A DNA stretch of 64,000 bases from Acidobacteriota bacterium (GCA_965263035.1 OZ253580.1:320001-384000), one strand, 5' to 3'; counted from the first letter of the stretch, positions 31,786 through 42,479 are shown. The notes: generated by a model from the sequence alone, not told the origin. Numbers and translations are program-made.

Positions 31786-32463
31786 TCAGTTTTCGCTCGC
31801 CTCCTCGGGGTGAGTGGCCCGCTGCTCCAAGGGCTTCACCGCCAGGAATCGTTGCCAACGCTGCTTTCTCACCGACTCGTCGGCCGGTATGTGGTCGCCG
31901 CAGTCGACGCGCAGAGACACGGAACCGAACGGCGCGTCCACGAATTCACAGTGATGCGGCCGGACCGCATCCGAATGGACGTAGGGTCGGAAGAAGCGGC
32001 AGGTGCAACACATCCGTTGCGGTTCGATGGCTCCCGTCTCCTGCAGGTGCAGAATGATCTTGCTGAGAACGCGATGCAGGACGGTGCTCTCGATCGGATC
32101 GAGTCCGGCCAAGGCTGCCATCAGCGCTTCAGGGAATTCGGACTGCCGGGACAGGAGCCGGATACCGGTGGCCGTCAGCGAGATTCTGGTGGCACGGCCG
32201 TCGTCAGGATCGGCCCTCTTTTCCACGAGGCCCTTGCGTTCCAGCGTGGAGATGGCGCGGCTTGCAGTCGCCTCGGTGATACCGACGAGCTTGGCCAACG
32301 CCATGACTCGGTTGGGACCCCGCCGCTTGAGGAACCCCAGGATGCTGATCTGGGTGGACGTCAGACCCGATTTTTCCGCATTTCGCCATTGCTTCGATCT
32401 CAGGTAGAGGCCCAACTGGAAGAACCCCGCCGCAACCTGCTCGATGTCACCGGTGTTTTGCAT
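31786..32463 (-). CDS. MarR family regulator with Cys/His-rich C-terminal extension
   Basis: wHTH with LERKGLV..DDGRA..LT; C-terminal MCCTCRFF..HHC..DC.DH. Confidence 0.85.
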   Translation of the reverse strand: MQNTGDIEQVAAGFFQLGLYLRSKQWRNAEKSGLTSTQISILGFLKRRGPNRVMALAKLVGITEATASRAISTLERKGLVEKRADPDDGRATRISLTATGIRLLSRQSEFPEALMAALAGLDPIESTVLHRVLSKIILHLQETGAIEPQRMCCTCRFFRPYVHSDAVRPHHCEFVDAPFGSVSLRVDCGDHIPADESVRKQRWQRFLAVKPLEQRATHPEEASEN

Positions 32464-32605
32464 CGCCAAGTATATATAGCATAGCTAACTATATTTGCCT
32501 AGCATTGCTAAGTATTTTTCGTGTACCTCTTGGCTCGGGTCCCGCATAGGCCCAAGTCTTCCCTGTCCCGGGTCCGAACGACCACATCGTGGAGTAGAAT
32601 GAGGC

Positions 32606-33373
32606 ATGTTTTACGTGAGATTTTCCGCATTCCTTCTCGCCTTGGGCATCTTTGTCAGCTCAACGTGCGCCGCCATGAGCCAGGGGGGTGAAGAGCTTCT
32701 GAACCGCGCCGCGGAGGCGGCCAACCGGGGCCGGAGCTCCGAGTCCGTGGAACTGGCCACGGGTGCTCTGGCCGGGAACCCGGAGTTGGCCTATGCCTAC
32801 TACCTGCGGGGCCGGGAGCACTTTCGACTGGGCAAGATCACGGAATCCGTCGCCGACCTGGAGCAGTACGTCCGGCTCCGTCCCGATATGGAGCCGAGGC
32901 AGTGGGAGCTGGGTCTTTCCTACTACTACGCCGGTCGGTTCCGGAAGGGAGCGAGGCAGTTCGAGCTGTATCAGACCTACCACGACAACGACGTGGAGAA
33001 CTCGGTCTGGCGCTATCTGTGCATCGCCCGGACCGAGGGTACGGAGAAGGCCCGTTCCACCCTGATGCCGATTGACAACGACCCGCGGATTCCCATGATG
33101 GCCGTCTACGACATGTTCCGGGGAGAGGGGGCGCCGCAGAAGGTCCTGGATACCGCCCGTGCCGGCGAGCCCGGCCCGGCACAACTGGAGGGACGCCTCT
33201 TCTACGCGCACCTCTATGTCGGGCTCTTCCTGCTCGCCCAGGGTGACGAGGAGGGCGGAAAAACACACATCCTGGCTGCCGAGAAGAAGCGGATCGGCCA
33301 CTACATGTGGGATGTGGCCCGCTACCAGGCCAGCCTCCTGAAGGTTCCTCATCCGGCCTCGAAGACACGATGA
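32606..33373 (+). CDS. TPR protein (NlpI-like)
   Basis: Signal peptide; TPR repeats (AYYLRGREHF, LGLSYYYAG), NDVENSVW, FYAHLYVGL. Confidence 0.75.
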   Translation: MFYVRFSAFLLALGIFVSSTCAAMSQGGEELLNRAAEAANRGRSSESVELATGALAGNPELAYAYYLRGREHFRLGKITESVADLEQYVRLRPDMEPRQWELGLSYYYAGRFRKGARQFELYQTYHDNDVENSVWRYLCIARTEGTEKARSTLMPIDNDPRIPMMAVYDMFRGEGAPQKVLDTARAGEPGPAQLEGRLFYAHLYVGLFLLAQGDEEGGKTHILAAEKKRIGHYMWDVARYQASLLKVPHPASKTR

Positions 33374-34276
33374 TTGTTCCTGCGCGCTGGGATGTTCCGG
33401 AACCGATCGTGGAATTTGAGGTGCGTGCGACCGGTGGTTTTCCGATCAGCGTCCGGCGGCACGGCACCCCGGACGGGCCGCGGCTCGTTCTGAGCCACGG
33501 CAACGGGTTTTCGATCGATTCCCACTATCCCTATCTGGTCACGATTCACCGACCGTTTCGATCTCTTCATCTACGATCTCCGGAGCCACGGCTGGAACCC
33601 GGTCGGAGACCGACGTACGCACAATCTTCCAACCTTCGTCAGCGACAGCAAGTTCATTGTGCGGGATATTGACCGGCGCTTCGGGACGAAACCGATGATC
33701 GGCCTGTTTCATTCTCTTTCGTCGCTGATAGCACTCCGGCAGGCTGCGGCCGAAGACAGCTTCTCAGCCCTGGTCCTGTTCGATCCGCCCGTCTGTCCTC
33801 CTGGCGGCTTTCCCCACGACATGGAACACATAGGCCAACGGCTGGGAGAAATCGCTCGCAAGCGCCAGAACTGGTTCGAGACTCCGGAGCATTTCGCGGA
33901 GCAGCTCTCCAGCAAGAAAGTTTTCGCGCGCGTGTGCCCAGGTGGGGTGGATCTGTTTGCCCGGACGACGCTCCGCCGTTGTGCCGACGGGAGAGGTTAC
34001 GAACTTCGCTGCCCACGCGAATACGAAGCCCAGATCAACGAATATGTCTTTTGCTGGTCCATGACCGTGGACCTGGAGAGCGTTCATTGCCCCATAAAGG
34101 CCATCGGAGCCGATCCCACCGTTCCGCACTCGTACATGCCCAGCATGGACCTCAGGAAACTCCTACTCGTCGACTATGACTTCGTACCCGAGACGACCCA
34201 TTTTCTCCAGATCGAAGAGCCGGAGGTATGCGCCGCCCTGGCGGTCGAATTCCTCGAGGAGCACAGACTTGCTTAG
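33370..34276 (+). pseudogene. alpha/beta hydrolase with +1 frameshift near 33535
   Basis: SHGNG in frame 1; removing one base gives WSRFTDRFDLFIYDLRSHG, continuing to FHSLS (nucleophile) and THFLQIE. Confidence 0.78.
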
Positions 34277-34398
34277 CGGGGCCGATTCCCAAGCTGACGG
34301 TCAATCCGCGGCTGGCCGGCATCGACCGAGGGGTGAAGATTCTCTCCAGCTTTTTCGAACCGCTTTCGGATGCACTGCTGAACGAATTCGGATGATCG

Positions 34399-35625
34399 TC
34401 AGTCCCCCGTATCTTTCCCCTGGCTCAGCCAGTCGAGGCCGAATCGGGCCAGCGTGATGGTCTCATAGGGAGACTCATCCCCTCGTTCATACAGACACGC
34501 GATGGAACCGTCCGGCAGGACGGCCAGGCTCGAATAGGCGGACGGACCGGCGTGCAAGAGGCGCGACCCCGGCCAGGATTCCCCCTCGTCGTAGCTGAGG
34601 CGCACGGTCATCCGGACTCGCTCGGTGGCCGCGGGATTGGAGAAGAGGAGACGGCTGCGGCCTCCCGCCCCGGGCCAACTGTAGCGAAGCAGGCTCGCCT
34701 GGCAGACCGGCTCGGTCAGATGGGGATCGTCCTGCGACTCCGACCAGGTCATGCCGCCGTCGCTGCTCCAGGAGCGGCCCCGGAGGTTCCGGCCGAAGTA
34801 GGACCGGAAGTTCAGCAGAATCCGGCCGTCGGTCAACTCGGCGACCTGACACTCGTTGGCCTGAGGCTGGATGGCCCCACCGAGATGCCAGGTCTTGCCG
34901 TGGTCGTCGCTGTAGATGACGTGGGAGCCGAATCCGATCGGGGGGCCCTCGTATTGGTGAACCACCTCATCCGGATTCGATGTCGGATAGGAATAGTCGC
35001 ACGGGATCACCAGCCGGCCCGCATGGGGTCCCTGGCGAAGCTGGATCCCCACGCCGGGGCCGGTGGCATACCAGTCCCAGCCCGGTTTCTTGGTGGTCGC
35101 CGTGATCTCCCGAGGCGGCGCCCAGGTCTTCCCATCGTCCTCGCTGGAGGTGACCCACACCGTCCGGGTCCCTTGGGCTCCTGGCAACCGGATCTCCCTC
35201 AGGCCCTCGTCTCCCGGATTGTGGGTCAGCAACAACCAGATGGTGCCGGTCTCCTGGTCCACCACCGGGCAGGGGTTGCCGCAGGTGTTGCCGCCGTCGT
35301 CCCAGACCACCTGCTGGTGGCTCCAGGTCTCCCCCCCGTCGGTGGACCGTCTGATCAGGAGATCGATGTTTCCGTGGTCGCTCCGGCTGTCCTTGCGCCC
35401 TTCGCAGAAGGCCAGCAGAGTTCCCTTCCCCGTGGTCAGGAGCGCCGGGATCCGGTAGGTGTCATACCCGTCCTGCCCGCGCACGAAAAGCGGTTTCTGA
35501 TCCGGCTCGGCCGGGGTGGGAGTGGGGGTAACGGAGCAGGCTCCCCCCGGAAGCAGGATCGCGATCCACAAAACGTGGATCAGCGGGGCCGGACAACCCT
35601 CACGTCTGGAACACCAGTTCTTCAT
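34399..35625 (-). CDS. exo-alpha-sialidase (GH33)
   Basis: YRIP motif and several Asp-boxes ([40 protein letters not shown]); AYS. Confidence 0.92.
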   Translation of the reverse strand: MKNWCSRREGCPAPLIHVLWIAILLPGGACSVTPTPTPAEPDQKPLFVRGQDGYDTYRIPALLTTGKGTLLAFCEGRKDSRSDHGNIDLLIRRSTDGGETWSHQQVVWDDGGNTCGNPCPVVDQETGTIWLLLTHNPGDEGLREIRLPGAQGTRTVWVTSSEDDGKTWAPPREITATTKKPGWDWYATGPGVGIQLRQGPHAGRLVIPCDYSYPTSNPDEVVHQYEGPPIGFGSHVIYSDDHGKTWHLGGAIQPQANECQVAELTDGRILLNFRSYFGRNLRGRSWSSDGGMTWSESQDDPHLTEPVCQASLLRYSWPGAGGRSRLLFSNPAATERVRMTVRLSYDEGESWPGSRLLHAGPSAYSSLAVLPDGSIACLYERGDESPYETITLARFGLDWLSQGKDTGD

Positions 35626-35816
35626 GACGGGACCCTCCTGAAACTCTCCTGGCAAGGTTCGAAAAACCTTGAGCTGACTCCGAGGGTACGTCGCTGAGAA
35701 CCTCCGCCGCAATCAGGTCTGACCCGGTGCAGCAACTGGGAGCCCTCGGACTTCAGGCAAGTGGCTGGTGCCTCGTTTGGGAATCTTCGGGAGCCTATAG
35801 TAACCTTGCGGCCATT

Positions 35817-36923
35817 ATGAAACCGGCAAGAATCCTCCTCGCCATCTTCTTCCTCGGAACGGTCGCGGCGCAAAAAGACAGCCAAGCCCCCAAGCCACAA
35901 TATGAATGGGAGCAGATCTTGATCCCGCCCGCGTCGGCCCAGGAGCCGATCCGGGACCAGTTCTCTCCCAGCCGTGCCGTAGCCTACATGGAGGAGGGAG
36001 CGCTGGCCTGGACCCGGAAGCGGGAGTGCATCGCCTGTCACACCAACGGCACCTATTTCGTGACGCGTCCTGCCCTGACCGGAACCCTGGGTCAGCCCCC
36101 GTCGGAGCTTCGAAAGTTCATCATCGAGGAACTCGACGAACTGCGGGCCATGGAGTCCCGGAAGCTTCGTTCCAGCGTCTATCCAACCCAGGTGGCCTAT
36201 GCGGCCCAGGGTCTGGCCGAATGGGACGCACACGTCACTGGCGAGCTTTCCCCGGAGACCGGGGAGGCCTTGAACCTGATGCTCGATCTCCAGGACCCGG
36301 AGGGTGGCTGGAACAACGCCGACACCTGGCCGCCGTTCGAGTCCAGCAAGTATCAATCCGCCACCGTGGCGGCAACGGCCATGGCGGCGGCTCCCGGATG
36401 GTTGGCCGCCAACGGCGACCGGGAAACGGTGCGGAAGACGAGGGAATACGTGAGGACCCGGGCGCCCCATGACTACGGCCGCCTCCTCCTGCTCTGGGTC
36501 TCCACCCGATGGCCCGGACTTCTGGAGGATGAGAAGAAGCAGGAACTGGTCGAGATGGTCTGGCGGCATCAACGCGCGGACGGGGGCTGGTCCATCCGCA
36601 CTTTCGCCACTCCCGAGACCTGGGGCCGGGGAAACCGCGCCGAGAAGCTCCGAGCCGAAGACGATTTCGACAATCCGCCCAGCGACGGCCACCAGACCGG
36701 ACTCTGCGTCCTGGTCCTGAGGCGGGCCGGAGTCCCGGCCGACGATCCGCGAATTCAGCGCGCCATCGACTGGCTCCTGTCCAACCAGCGGGAGTCGGGC
36801 CGTTGGTGGACCCGATCCCTCAACACGGACAAGTTCCATTTCATCACCTACAGCGGCACCTGCTACCCGCTGCTGGCGTTGGAGAGCTGCGGCCGGCTGG
36901 CCCTGGAAACGACGGGTCCGTGA
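35817..36923 (+). CDS. secreted squalene-hopene cyclase-fold (prenyltransferase repeat) protein with CxxCH
   Basis: Signal peptide; CIACH; QW-type repeats (LQDPEGGW, HQRADGGW, NQRESGRW); no DXDD. Confidence 0.75.
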   Translation: MKPARILLAIFFLGTVAAQKDSQAPKPQYEWEQILIPPASAQEPIRDQFSPSRAVAYMEEGALAWTRKRECIACHTNGTYFVTRPALTGTLGQPPSELRKFIIEELDELRAMESRKLRSSVYPTQVAYAAQGLAEWDAHVTGELSPETGEALNLMLDLQDPEGGWNNADTWPPFESSKYQSATVAATAMAAAPGWLAANGDRETVRKTREYVRTRAPHDYGRLLLLWVSTRWPGLLEDEKKQELVEMVWRHQRADGGWSIRTFATPETWGRGNRAEKLRAEDDFDNPPSDGHQTGLCVLVLRRAGVPADDPRIQRAIDWLLSNQRESGRWWTRSLNTDKFHFITYSGTCYPLLALESCGRLALETTGP

Positions 36924-37020
36924 TCCCAGTGCGCAATCCCAACAATCCCAGGATGAAAAAGCCCCGATCCGCGCTCATCCGCCGGAATGCTCCTGATTCT
37001 TCCAACTCCCAGGTTTCATC

Positions 37021-38700
37021 GTGAGTGACTCCAAGTGGACGCGCAGGCAGGCGCTCACCTCCCTCTCGGGAAGCGGCGTTATTCTGGCTTCCTGCCGGGA
37101 GGAGACTCCCGTGGACACGGAGATGAGAATCACCGCGGAAATTCTGCAAGCGGCCCAACAGGTCATCGGCCTGGATTTCACGCTCCCGGAACGGGAGCAG
37201 ATGCTCAAGCGGGCCAATCAGAGCCTGGAATTCTTCGGAAACCTCCGGGAGTTTTCCCTGGACAATTCGGTGCCTCCCGCCATCCAGTTCGATCCCGTTC
37301 CGCGCGGGAGCGTGCCGGAACCGCCCGCCGGGAAGCCGGCCAAACTCTCGTCTCCGATCCCTGACGTTCCCGGCCGTCTGGAGGATCTGGCCTATTGGCC
37401 TCTCTCCCGTCTGGCGCCGGCAGTCAAGGCCCGGAAAGTGAGCTCCGTGGACCTGACCCGCCTCTATCTGGAGCGCCTCAGGAAATACGACGAAAAGCTC
37501 GAATGCGTCATCTCCTACACCGAGAAGTTGGCCCTGGAACAGGCGCGCCGCGCCGACCGGGAGCTGGCTCGTGGACGCTACCGGGGGCCGCTCCACGGAA
37601 TCCCCTGGGGAGCCAAGGATCTGTTGGCGGTCCGGGGATATCGAACCACCTGGGGGGCCACCTCCCATCGCGACCAGACCCTGGAATTGGACGCCACGGT
37701 GGTCCGCATGCTGGAGGACGCGGGCGCGGTGCTGATCGCCAAGCTCAGCCTGGGGGCTCTGGCCGCAGTCGACGTCTGGTACGGCGGGAAGACCCGCAAC
37801 CCCTGGAAGCTGGACGAAGGCTCGAAGGGGTCCTCGGCCGGTTCGGCCGCGGCGACTGCCACCGGCCTGGTGGGCTTCTCCATCGGATCCGAGACCATGG
37901 GGTCCATCGTCTATCCTTCCGCCACCTGCGGAGTCACGGGCCTGAGACCGACTTTCGGGCGGGTCAGCCGTCACGGCGCCATGACCCTGAGCTGGAGCCT
38001 GGACAAGCTCGGTCCCATCTGCCGCAGCGCCGAAGACTGCGCCCTGGTGTTCGCCGCCATCCACGGACTCGATCCCCACGACCGGACCACCTGCGACCGG
38101 CCCTTCGTGTGGCCCGTCGGGGACAACCTGGAGGGGCTCCGGGTGGGCGTCGCCGAGAGTCTCTTTCAGGAACAGGAGGAGGAAGCCGCCAAGGAGAACG
38201 ACGCCCGGAGCCTGGAGGTCTTCCGATCCCTGGGAGTCGACCTGGTCCCCATCGAGCTGCCGAAGCGGCCTCTTGCGCCGGAGCTGATTCTCTACACCGA
38301 GGCGGCGGCCGCCTTCGACAAGTTCACGCGGAACAACCAGGACGACCTGTTGAGGGAACAGGAGGAGAACAACTGGCCCAACATGTTCCGTCAGGCCCGG
38401 TTCGTTCCGGCCGTCGAGTACATTCAGGCCAACCGGCTGCGCTCCCTGCTCATGGAGGACATGGCCCGCCTCATGTCCGGGGTCGACGCCTACCTGGCCC
38501 CCAGCTTCAGCCAGAACGTGCGGCTCACCAACCTGACGGGGCTCCCCAGCCTCTGCCTGCCCAATGGGTTCGACCCCGAGGGCCGGCCCACCAGCATCAC
38601 CTTGACCGGACGCCTCTTCGACGAGTCCCGGATCCTGGCCCTGGGCCACGCCTACCAGCAGGTCACCGACCATCACTCCCGGCGACCTCCGGGGTTTTGA
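37021..38700 (+). CDS. amidase signature family protein (Tat lipoprotein)
   Basis: TRRQAL..LASC; GPLHGIPWGAKD, GSSAGS, GSETMGSI, GLRPTFGRVS. Confidence 0.9.
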   Translation: MSDSKWTRRQALTSLSGSGVILASCREETPVDTEMRITAEILQAAQQVIGLDFTLPEREQMLKRANQSLEFFGNLREFSLDNSVPPAIQFDPVPRGSVPEPPAGKPAKLSSPIPDVPGRLEDLAYWPLSRLAPAVKARKVSSVDLTRLYLERLRKYDEKLECVISYTEKLALEQARRADRELARGRYRGPLHGIPWGAKDLLAVRGYRTTWGATSHRDQTLELDATVVRMLEDAGAVLIAKLSLGALAAVDVWYGGKTRNPWKLDEGSKGSSAGSAAATATGLVGFSIGSETMGSIVYPSATCGVTGLRPTFGRVSRHGAMTLSWSLDKLGPICRSAEDCALVFAAIHGLDPHDRTTCDRPFVWPVGDNLEGLRVGVAESLFQEQEEEAAKENDARSLEVFRSLGVDLVPIELPKRPLAPELILYTEAAAAFDKFTRNNQDDLLREQEENNWPNMFRQARFVPAVEYIQANRLRSLLMEDMARLMSGVDAYLAPSFSQNVRLTNLTGLPSLCLPNGFDPEGRPTSITLTGRLFDESRILALGHAYQQVTDHHSRRPPGF

Positions 38701-38736
38701 TTTGAAGGTCCGGCCCGTTTCAACAACATCTGTGGA

Positions 38737-39735
38737 ATGAGAGAGATGCCCTATCCAGCTGACGAGAGACTCCAAAATATCGCAAACAGGATGAAAGCCG
38801 AACGGGATAGCGGGGCTATGCCTGTTGCGGAACCCACGACGGTCCGCGAGCTTCTGGGTTGGTTCAATTACGCGCGCCGAAGCGACAGGCTTATCAGACG
38901 GATCAGGACCAAATTCGCGGAACTGAATCTACGCACGGTCCCCGATTTCGAGCGCGAGCATATCGACGGCGACATCTCGATCGAGCTGGACATGGAGGCG
39001 ACGGGCGTCCGGAAAGAGTCGGTCGATCCGACCGTGCGTATCCGCGTACTTCCGACAGCCCGCTGCACACTGACCAGCGTGCAGCCGAACAACCCGCTCG
39101 CCAAGGCGACGACGACCATGCTGATCGAGGATTTCTCACAGCTCCCCGTGATGGTAAACGAACGCGAGGTTAAGGGTGTGGTCAGTTGGAGGTCGATCGG
39201 AACGGCGTTCACGCTAGGATGCCAGAGCGACGAGGTCCGCCACTGGATGGAGCGCCATCGGGAAATAGCCATCAACGCTCCCTTGTTCGATGCAATCAAG
39301 GACATCTGGGAACATGGATACGTTCTCGTTCGAGATGTCGACCGGACCATCTCAGGAATCGTGACGGCAAGCGATTTCGCCAGACAGTTCGCGCAGCTTG
39401 CCCAACCGTTCCTGATCATAGGCGAGATCGAGCTCCATCTGCGTAACCTCGTGAGCAAATTCACTCTCGAAGAGATGGCGGAGGCGTCCGATGATCCAAG
39501 CACATCGATCGAGGGCTCCTGGGACCTTAACTTCGGCACCTATTGCCGACTCCTTGAAAACCCGGATCGATGGGACAGGTTGGGATTGCGAGTGGACCGC
39601 GCCACCTTCATGCACAACTTGGGCCAAGTGAGGGAGATGCGAAACGAGGTGATGCATTTTGCGCCTGACGGCCTGGACCCAAACGAGGTCGAAAAGCTCG
39701 AACGCGTTGCGATGTTCCTCCGCATGTTGACCTGA
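38737..39735 (+). CDS. CBS-pair protein with C-terminal HEPN-like domain
   Basis: DFSQLPV..GVVSWRSI and GYVLV..GIVTASD CBS repeats; IE..LR and MRNEVMH (RxxxxH) at the C-terminus. Confidence 0.7.
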   Translation: MREMPYPADERLQNIANRMKAERDSGAMPVAEPTTVRELLGWFNYARRSDRLIRRIRTKFAELNLRTVPDFEREHIDGDISIELDMEATGVRKESVDPTVRIRVLPTARCTLTSVQPNNPLAKATTTMLIEDFSQLPVMVNEREVKGVVSWRSIGTAFTLGCQSDEVRHWMERHREIAINAPLFDAIKDIWEHGYVLVRDVDRTISGIVTASDFARQFAQLAQPFLIIGEIELHLRNLVSKFTLEEMAEASDDPSTSIEGSWDLNFGTYCRLLENPDRWDRLGLRVDRATFMHNLGQVREMRNEVMHFAPDGLDPNEVEKLERVAMFLRMLT

Positions 39736-40082
39736 AGTCCCGACGTCCCTGCCCTGTGAAACCTGTACCGGCAGGTGATTTCCCAACAGCAAAAGCACTT
39801 TCGCCAATCTCACCCACTACCCCGGAAAACAATCGAACGGCTAAAATGGAGAGCGTCTGCCAAGCTCGTCTCGGCGTCGACACAGACGGAAAGGCCGGCG
39901 TGGCAGACGGATGCGAGTCATGTGAGTGTGGGGTCCGCAAGGACCGGCAGACAAACGGATCAGGAATACTCGTAATGTTCGAAGACGCTTTTTCACCGGC
40001 CCGCGACTGGCCAGGTAATAGCAAGCCTCGCGGACATCCCGCCATCTGGCAAATGACGATCGAATGAGGAAGGAAGTAACGA

Positions 40083-40698
40083 ATGGATGCTGATCTCGGG
40101 CCGGTCCTCCCCAAACTGAGGGAGCCAACGGATAGGTTCTACGTAGAATCCGGATTCCAAGGCGCTACTCTCGGCGACTACTGGCGCTGGTCGAGTTCGA
40201 GCGTACTCGACAACACGGAGCGCGGCATTCTGGCCGAGTTTCTCGTGGCGAACGCACTGGGTCTGACTGACAAGCCGCGTGTCGAGTGGGGTTCGTACGA
40301 CCTCAAGATGCCCGACTGTACCAAGATCGAGGTCAAGAGTTCAGCGTACCTGCAGTCCTGGCGTCAAAAAAAGTATTCTACGATAGAATTCGGTATCGCC
40401 CGAACTAAGGAGGCGTGGGACGCCCACACGGGAAAGAGCCAGACGCACGACCCGCCGAAACGCATCGCCGACATCTACGTTTTCTGCCTGCTGACAACAC
40501 AGGGACAAAGCCACGGTCGACCCTCTCAATACGGAGCAGTGGGAGTTCTACGTGGTTCCAACATTTCGAATCAACGAGGAGAAACCATGTGGCCGGACAA
40601 TCGGGCTGGGGCCGCTTAAGGACTTGGCAGGCCGCCCTACCCCATACAGCGACCTCGCAGCCACGGTCACCAGGGTTGCCGCGTCAATTCCGTCGTGA
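40083..40698 (+). pseudogene. PD-(D/E)XK nuclease-like protein, frameshifted near 40495
   Basis: RGILAEF, YDL, IEVKSS, ADIYVF; an alternative frame continues DPLNTEQWEFYVVPT to TGA at 40698. Confidence 0.62.
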
Positions 40699-40947
40699 CC
40701 CGCGCGAACCCTCGTCGGCGGTCGCCCAACGCCGCTCCGATGCCGCCCGACGCAATCAACTCCCGAGCACCAGGTCGGGCCTCCATAAAACCGGCCCGAG
40801 ATCCTGTCTCAGCACGGCCAATTGCGGGGCTGTCGCCCGGGTTCTAGACGGCGGCGCCCTCGATCGCAGTTCGTTGATGCGACCCGTTCATGGACTCAAG
40901 AGGCCCTACATCCAATCCTGTGTATTCTTGAAGGATAGGAGGTTGCC

Positions 40948-41166
40948 ATGCTGACAATCCGACTTCCGGCCGAGATTGATGCCCGTCTCGAGCGTCTCGC
41001 AGAAGAGGCAGGCAAGACCAAGAACGACTACGCCCGTGAAGCCATCCTGGAGAAGATTGAGGAGATGGAAGACTTGCAACTGGCCGGGCAGGTTTTGGAA
41101 CGAGTTCGCAAGGGGGAAGACAGAGTCTTGAGTTCCGAACAGATGTGGCGTGAGTTGGAAGATTGA
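40948..41166 (+). CDS. RelB-like RHH antitoxin
   Basis: AGGAGG RBS; MLTIRLP...RLERLA...GKTK..YAREAI..IEEMED. Confidence 0.82.
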   Translation: MLTIRLPAEIDARLERLAEEAGKTKNDYAREAILEKIEEMEDLQLAGQVLERVRKGEDRVLSSEQMWRELED

Positions 41167-41243
41167 GTATGCTGAGAGTGTCCAGAAGCCTGTTGGAAAG
41201 CAGAATCGGCAAACTCAACAGCGTCTTCGGGATTACTTGGAAT
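41150..41243 (+). pseudogene. truncated RelE/ParE toxin (first ~30 codons only)
   Basis: MSWKIEY...QRLRDYLE overlaps the antitoxin, then similarity is lost. Confidence 0.65.
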
Positions 41244-41299
41244 TTCCAATGAAACGTGGAGGAAGAGTGGGGGACAAGAATGTCCCCTGCTATGAGCCG

Positions 41300-42016
41300 T
41301 CATTCAGCGGTGGCTGGATGGACCGTCGTGGCCGGGGCCTTCCCCAGCAGGGAACCTTTTTCCAGATGATGGTTGATCCGGGCGAAAGCCGCGGCGCGGG
41401 GATCGTGTGTGACCATGACAATGGTTTTGCCGAAGTCCCGGTTCAGGGCCTCCAGCACGTTGAGGATGTCTCCAGCCGAGTCGGCGTCCAGGTCACCGGT
41501 CGGTTCGTCGGCCAGGATGAAGGTGGGATCGGTGACGATTGCCCGGGCGATCGCTACCCGCTGTTCCTCGCCTCCGCTGAGCTGGCGCGGATAGTGGCGT
41601 ATTCGGTCCGACAGGTTCACCAGTCTCAGGGCGGTCTCCACATGCTCTCGCCGTTCCTGTCGGGAGAGTGAGGTCAGCAGCAAGGGGAGTTCGACGTTCT
41701 CGAAGGCGGTCAGGACAGGGATCAGGTTGAAGTGCTGAAACACGAATCCCACGTGTTCATTGCGCCAGACAGCCAGTTCGTCTTCGCTGAGTGCAGTCAG
41801 ATCTTCTCCCAGGACCTGGAGTTGGCCGCCGGTCGGCCGGTCAATCCCGGCAATCAGGTTGAGCAGCGTGCTCTTTCCGGAGCCGGACGGTCCCATCAGG
41901 CTGATGAAGTCCTGATCGCGGATATCCAAGGTGATGTCCTTCAGAGCGACGACCTGGACCGTATCACGCTGGAACACGCGGCTCAGATTGCGCATTTCGA
42001 TCAATACCTTCGTCAT
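41300..42016 (-). CDS. ABC transporter ATP-binding protein (MacB/LolD type)
   Basis: [29 protein letters not shown]. Confidence 0.95.
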   Translation of the reverse strand: MTKVLIEMRNLSRVFQRDTVQVVALKDITLDIRDQDFISLMGPSGSGKSTLLNLIAGIDRPTGGQLQVLGEDLTALSEDELAVWRNEHVGFVFQHFNLIPVLTAFENVELPLLLTSLSRQERREHVETALRLVNLSDRIRHYPRQLSGGEEQRVAIARAIVTDPTFILADEPTGDLDADSAGDILNVLEALNRDFGKTIVMVTHDPRAAAFARINHHLEKGSLLGKAPATTVHPATAE

Positions 42017-42267
42017 CCCGTGTCCTCAGCGGTAGTGTCTTCAGCCCCGGAATCGGTCCGCTTGCGAAAGAAAGTGACCTGAACATCCATCTCCGGCCGA
42101 AGGTACTCATCCGGTTCCAGAATCTGGACCTTCACCTGGATCGTGGCTCGCTGCCGGTTGGCCTCGGGTGCAATCTCTTCCAACTCACATTCGTATTCCC
42201 GCGCGGGATAGGCGATGGGAGACATCCTGCACCCGTTTTCGGGCGAGATGTTGTGAAAATCGGATTG
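42013..42267 (-). pseudogene. C-terminal part of efflux membrane-fusion (MacA/HlyD-like) gene split by the integrated element
   Basis: QSDFHNISP...IAPEANRQRATIQVKVQI..LRPEM; joins in frame with 52813-53726 across the att core. Confidence 0.88.
42257..42267. repeat. att core, left copy (AAATCGGATTG)
   Basis: 11-bp direct repeat identical to 52813-52823, located exactly at the break in the MFP reading frame. Confidence 0.9.
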
Positions 42268-42302
42268 AGGGTCGCGAAGTATAATAAGGGGGAGGACACA
42301 AC

Positions 42303-42479
42303 ATGACGACGAGGACAGCGCACGAGATTCTGATGGAGGTCCGACGGGACCCGAACGCGACGAGGGAAGATCGGGACTTCGCCTATCGAAAGTACCTGCG
42401 GGCACTCACGGTCCAGTTCAAGCCGGCCTGGAAGACGGCCATTCGGACGGTCGGGACCCGACGGGAAAGTGCCAGATGA
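42303..42479 (+). CDS. 58-aa hypothetical protein coupled to the integrase
   Basis: TATAAT (42280-42285), GGGAGG RBS, ATG 42303; its TGA overlaps the integrase ATG (ATGA); below the ORF-track cutoff. Confidence 0.6.
   Translation: MTTRTAHEILMEVRRDPNATREDRDFAYRKYLRALTVQFKPAWKTAIRTVGTRRESAR

Noticed and set aside
38700-41300. Integron cassette array
   Set aside because: No attC-like GTTRRRY/RYYYAAC-bounded palindromes and no IntI; the nearby recombinase belongs to the satellite
42303-42479. Resemblance of the 58-aa ORF to a DnaJ J-domain (HEIL..V..NAT.E....AYRK)
   Set aside because: Lacks the HPD motif and helix III; too short to support the call
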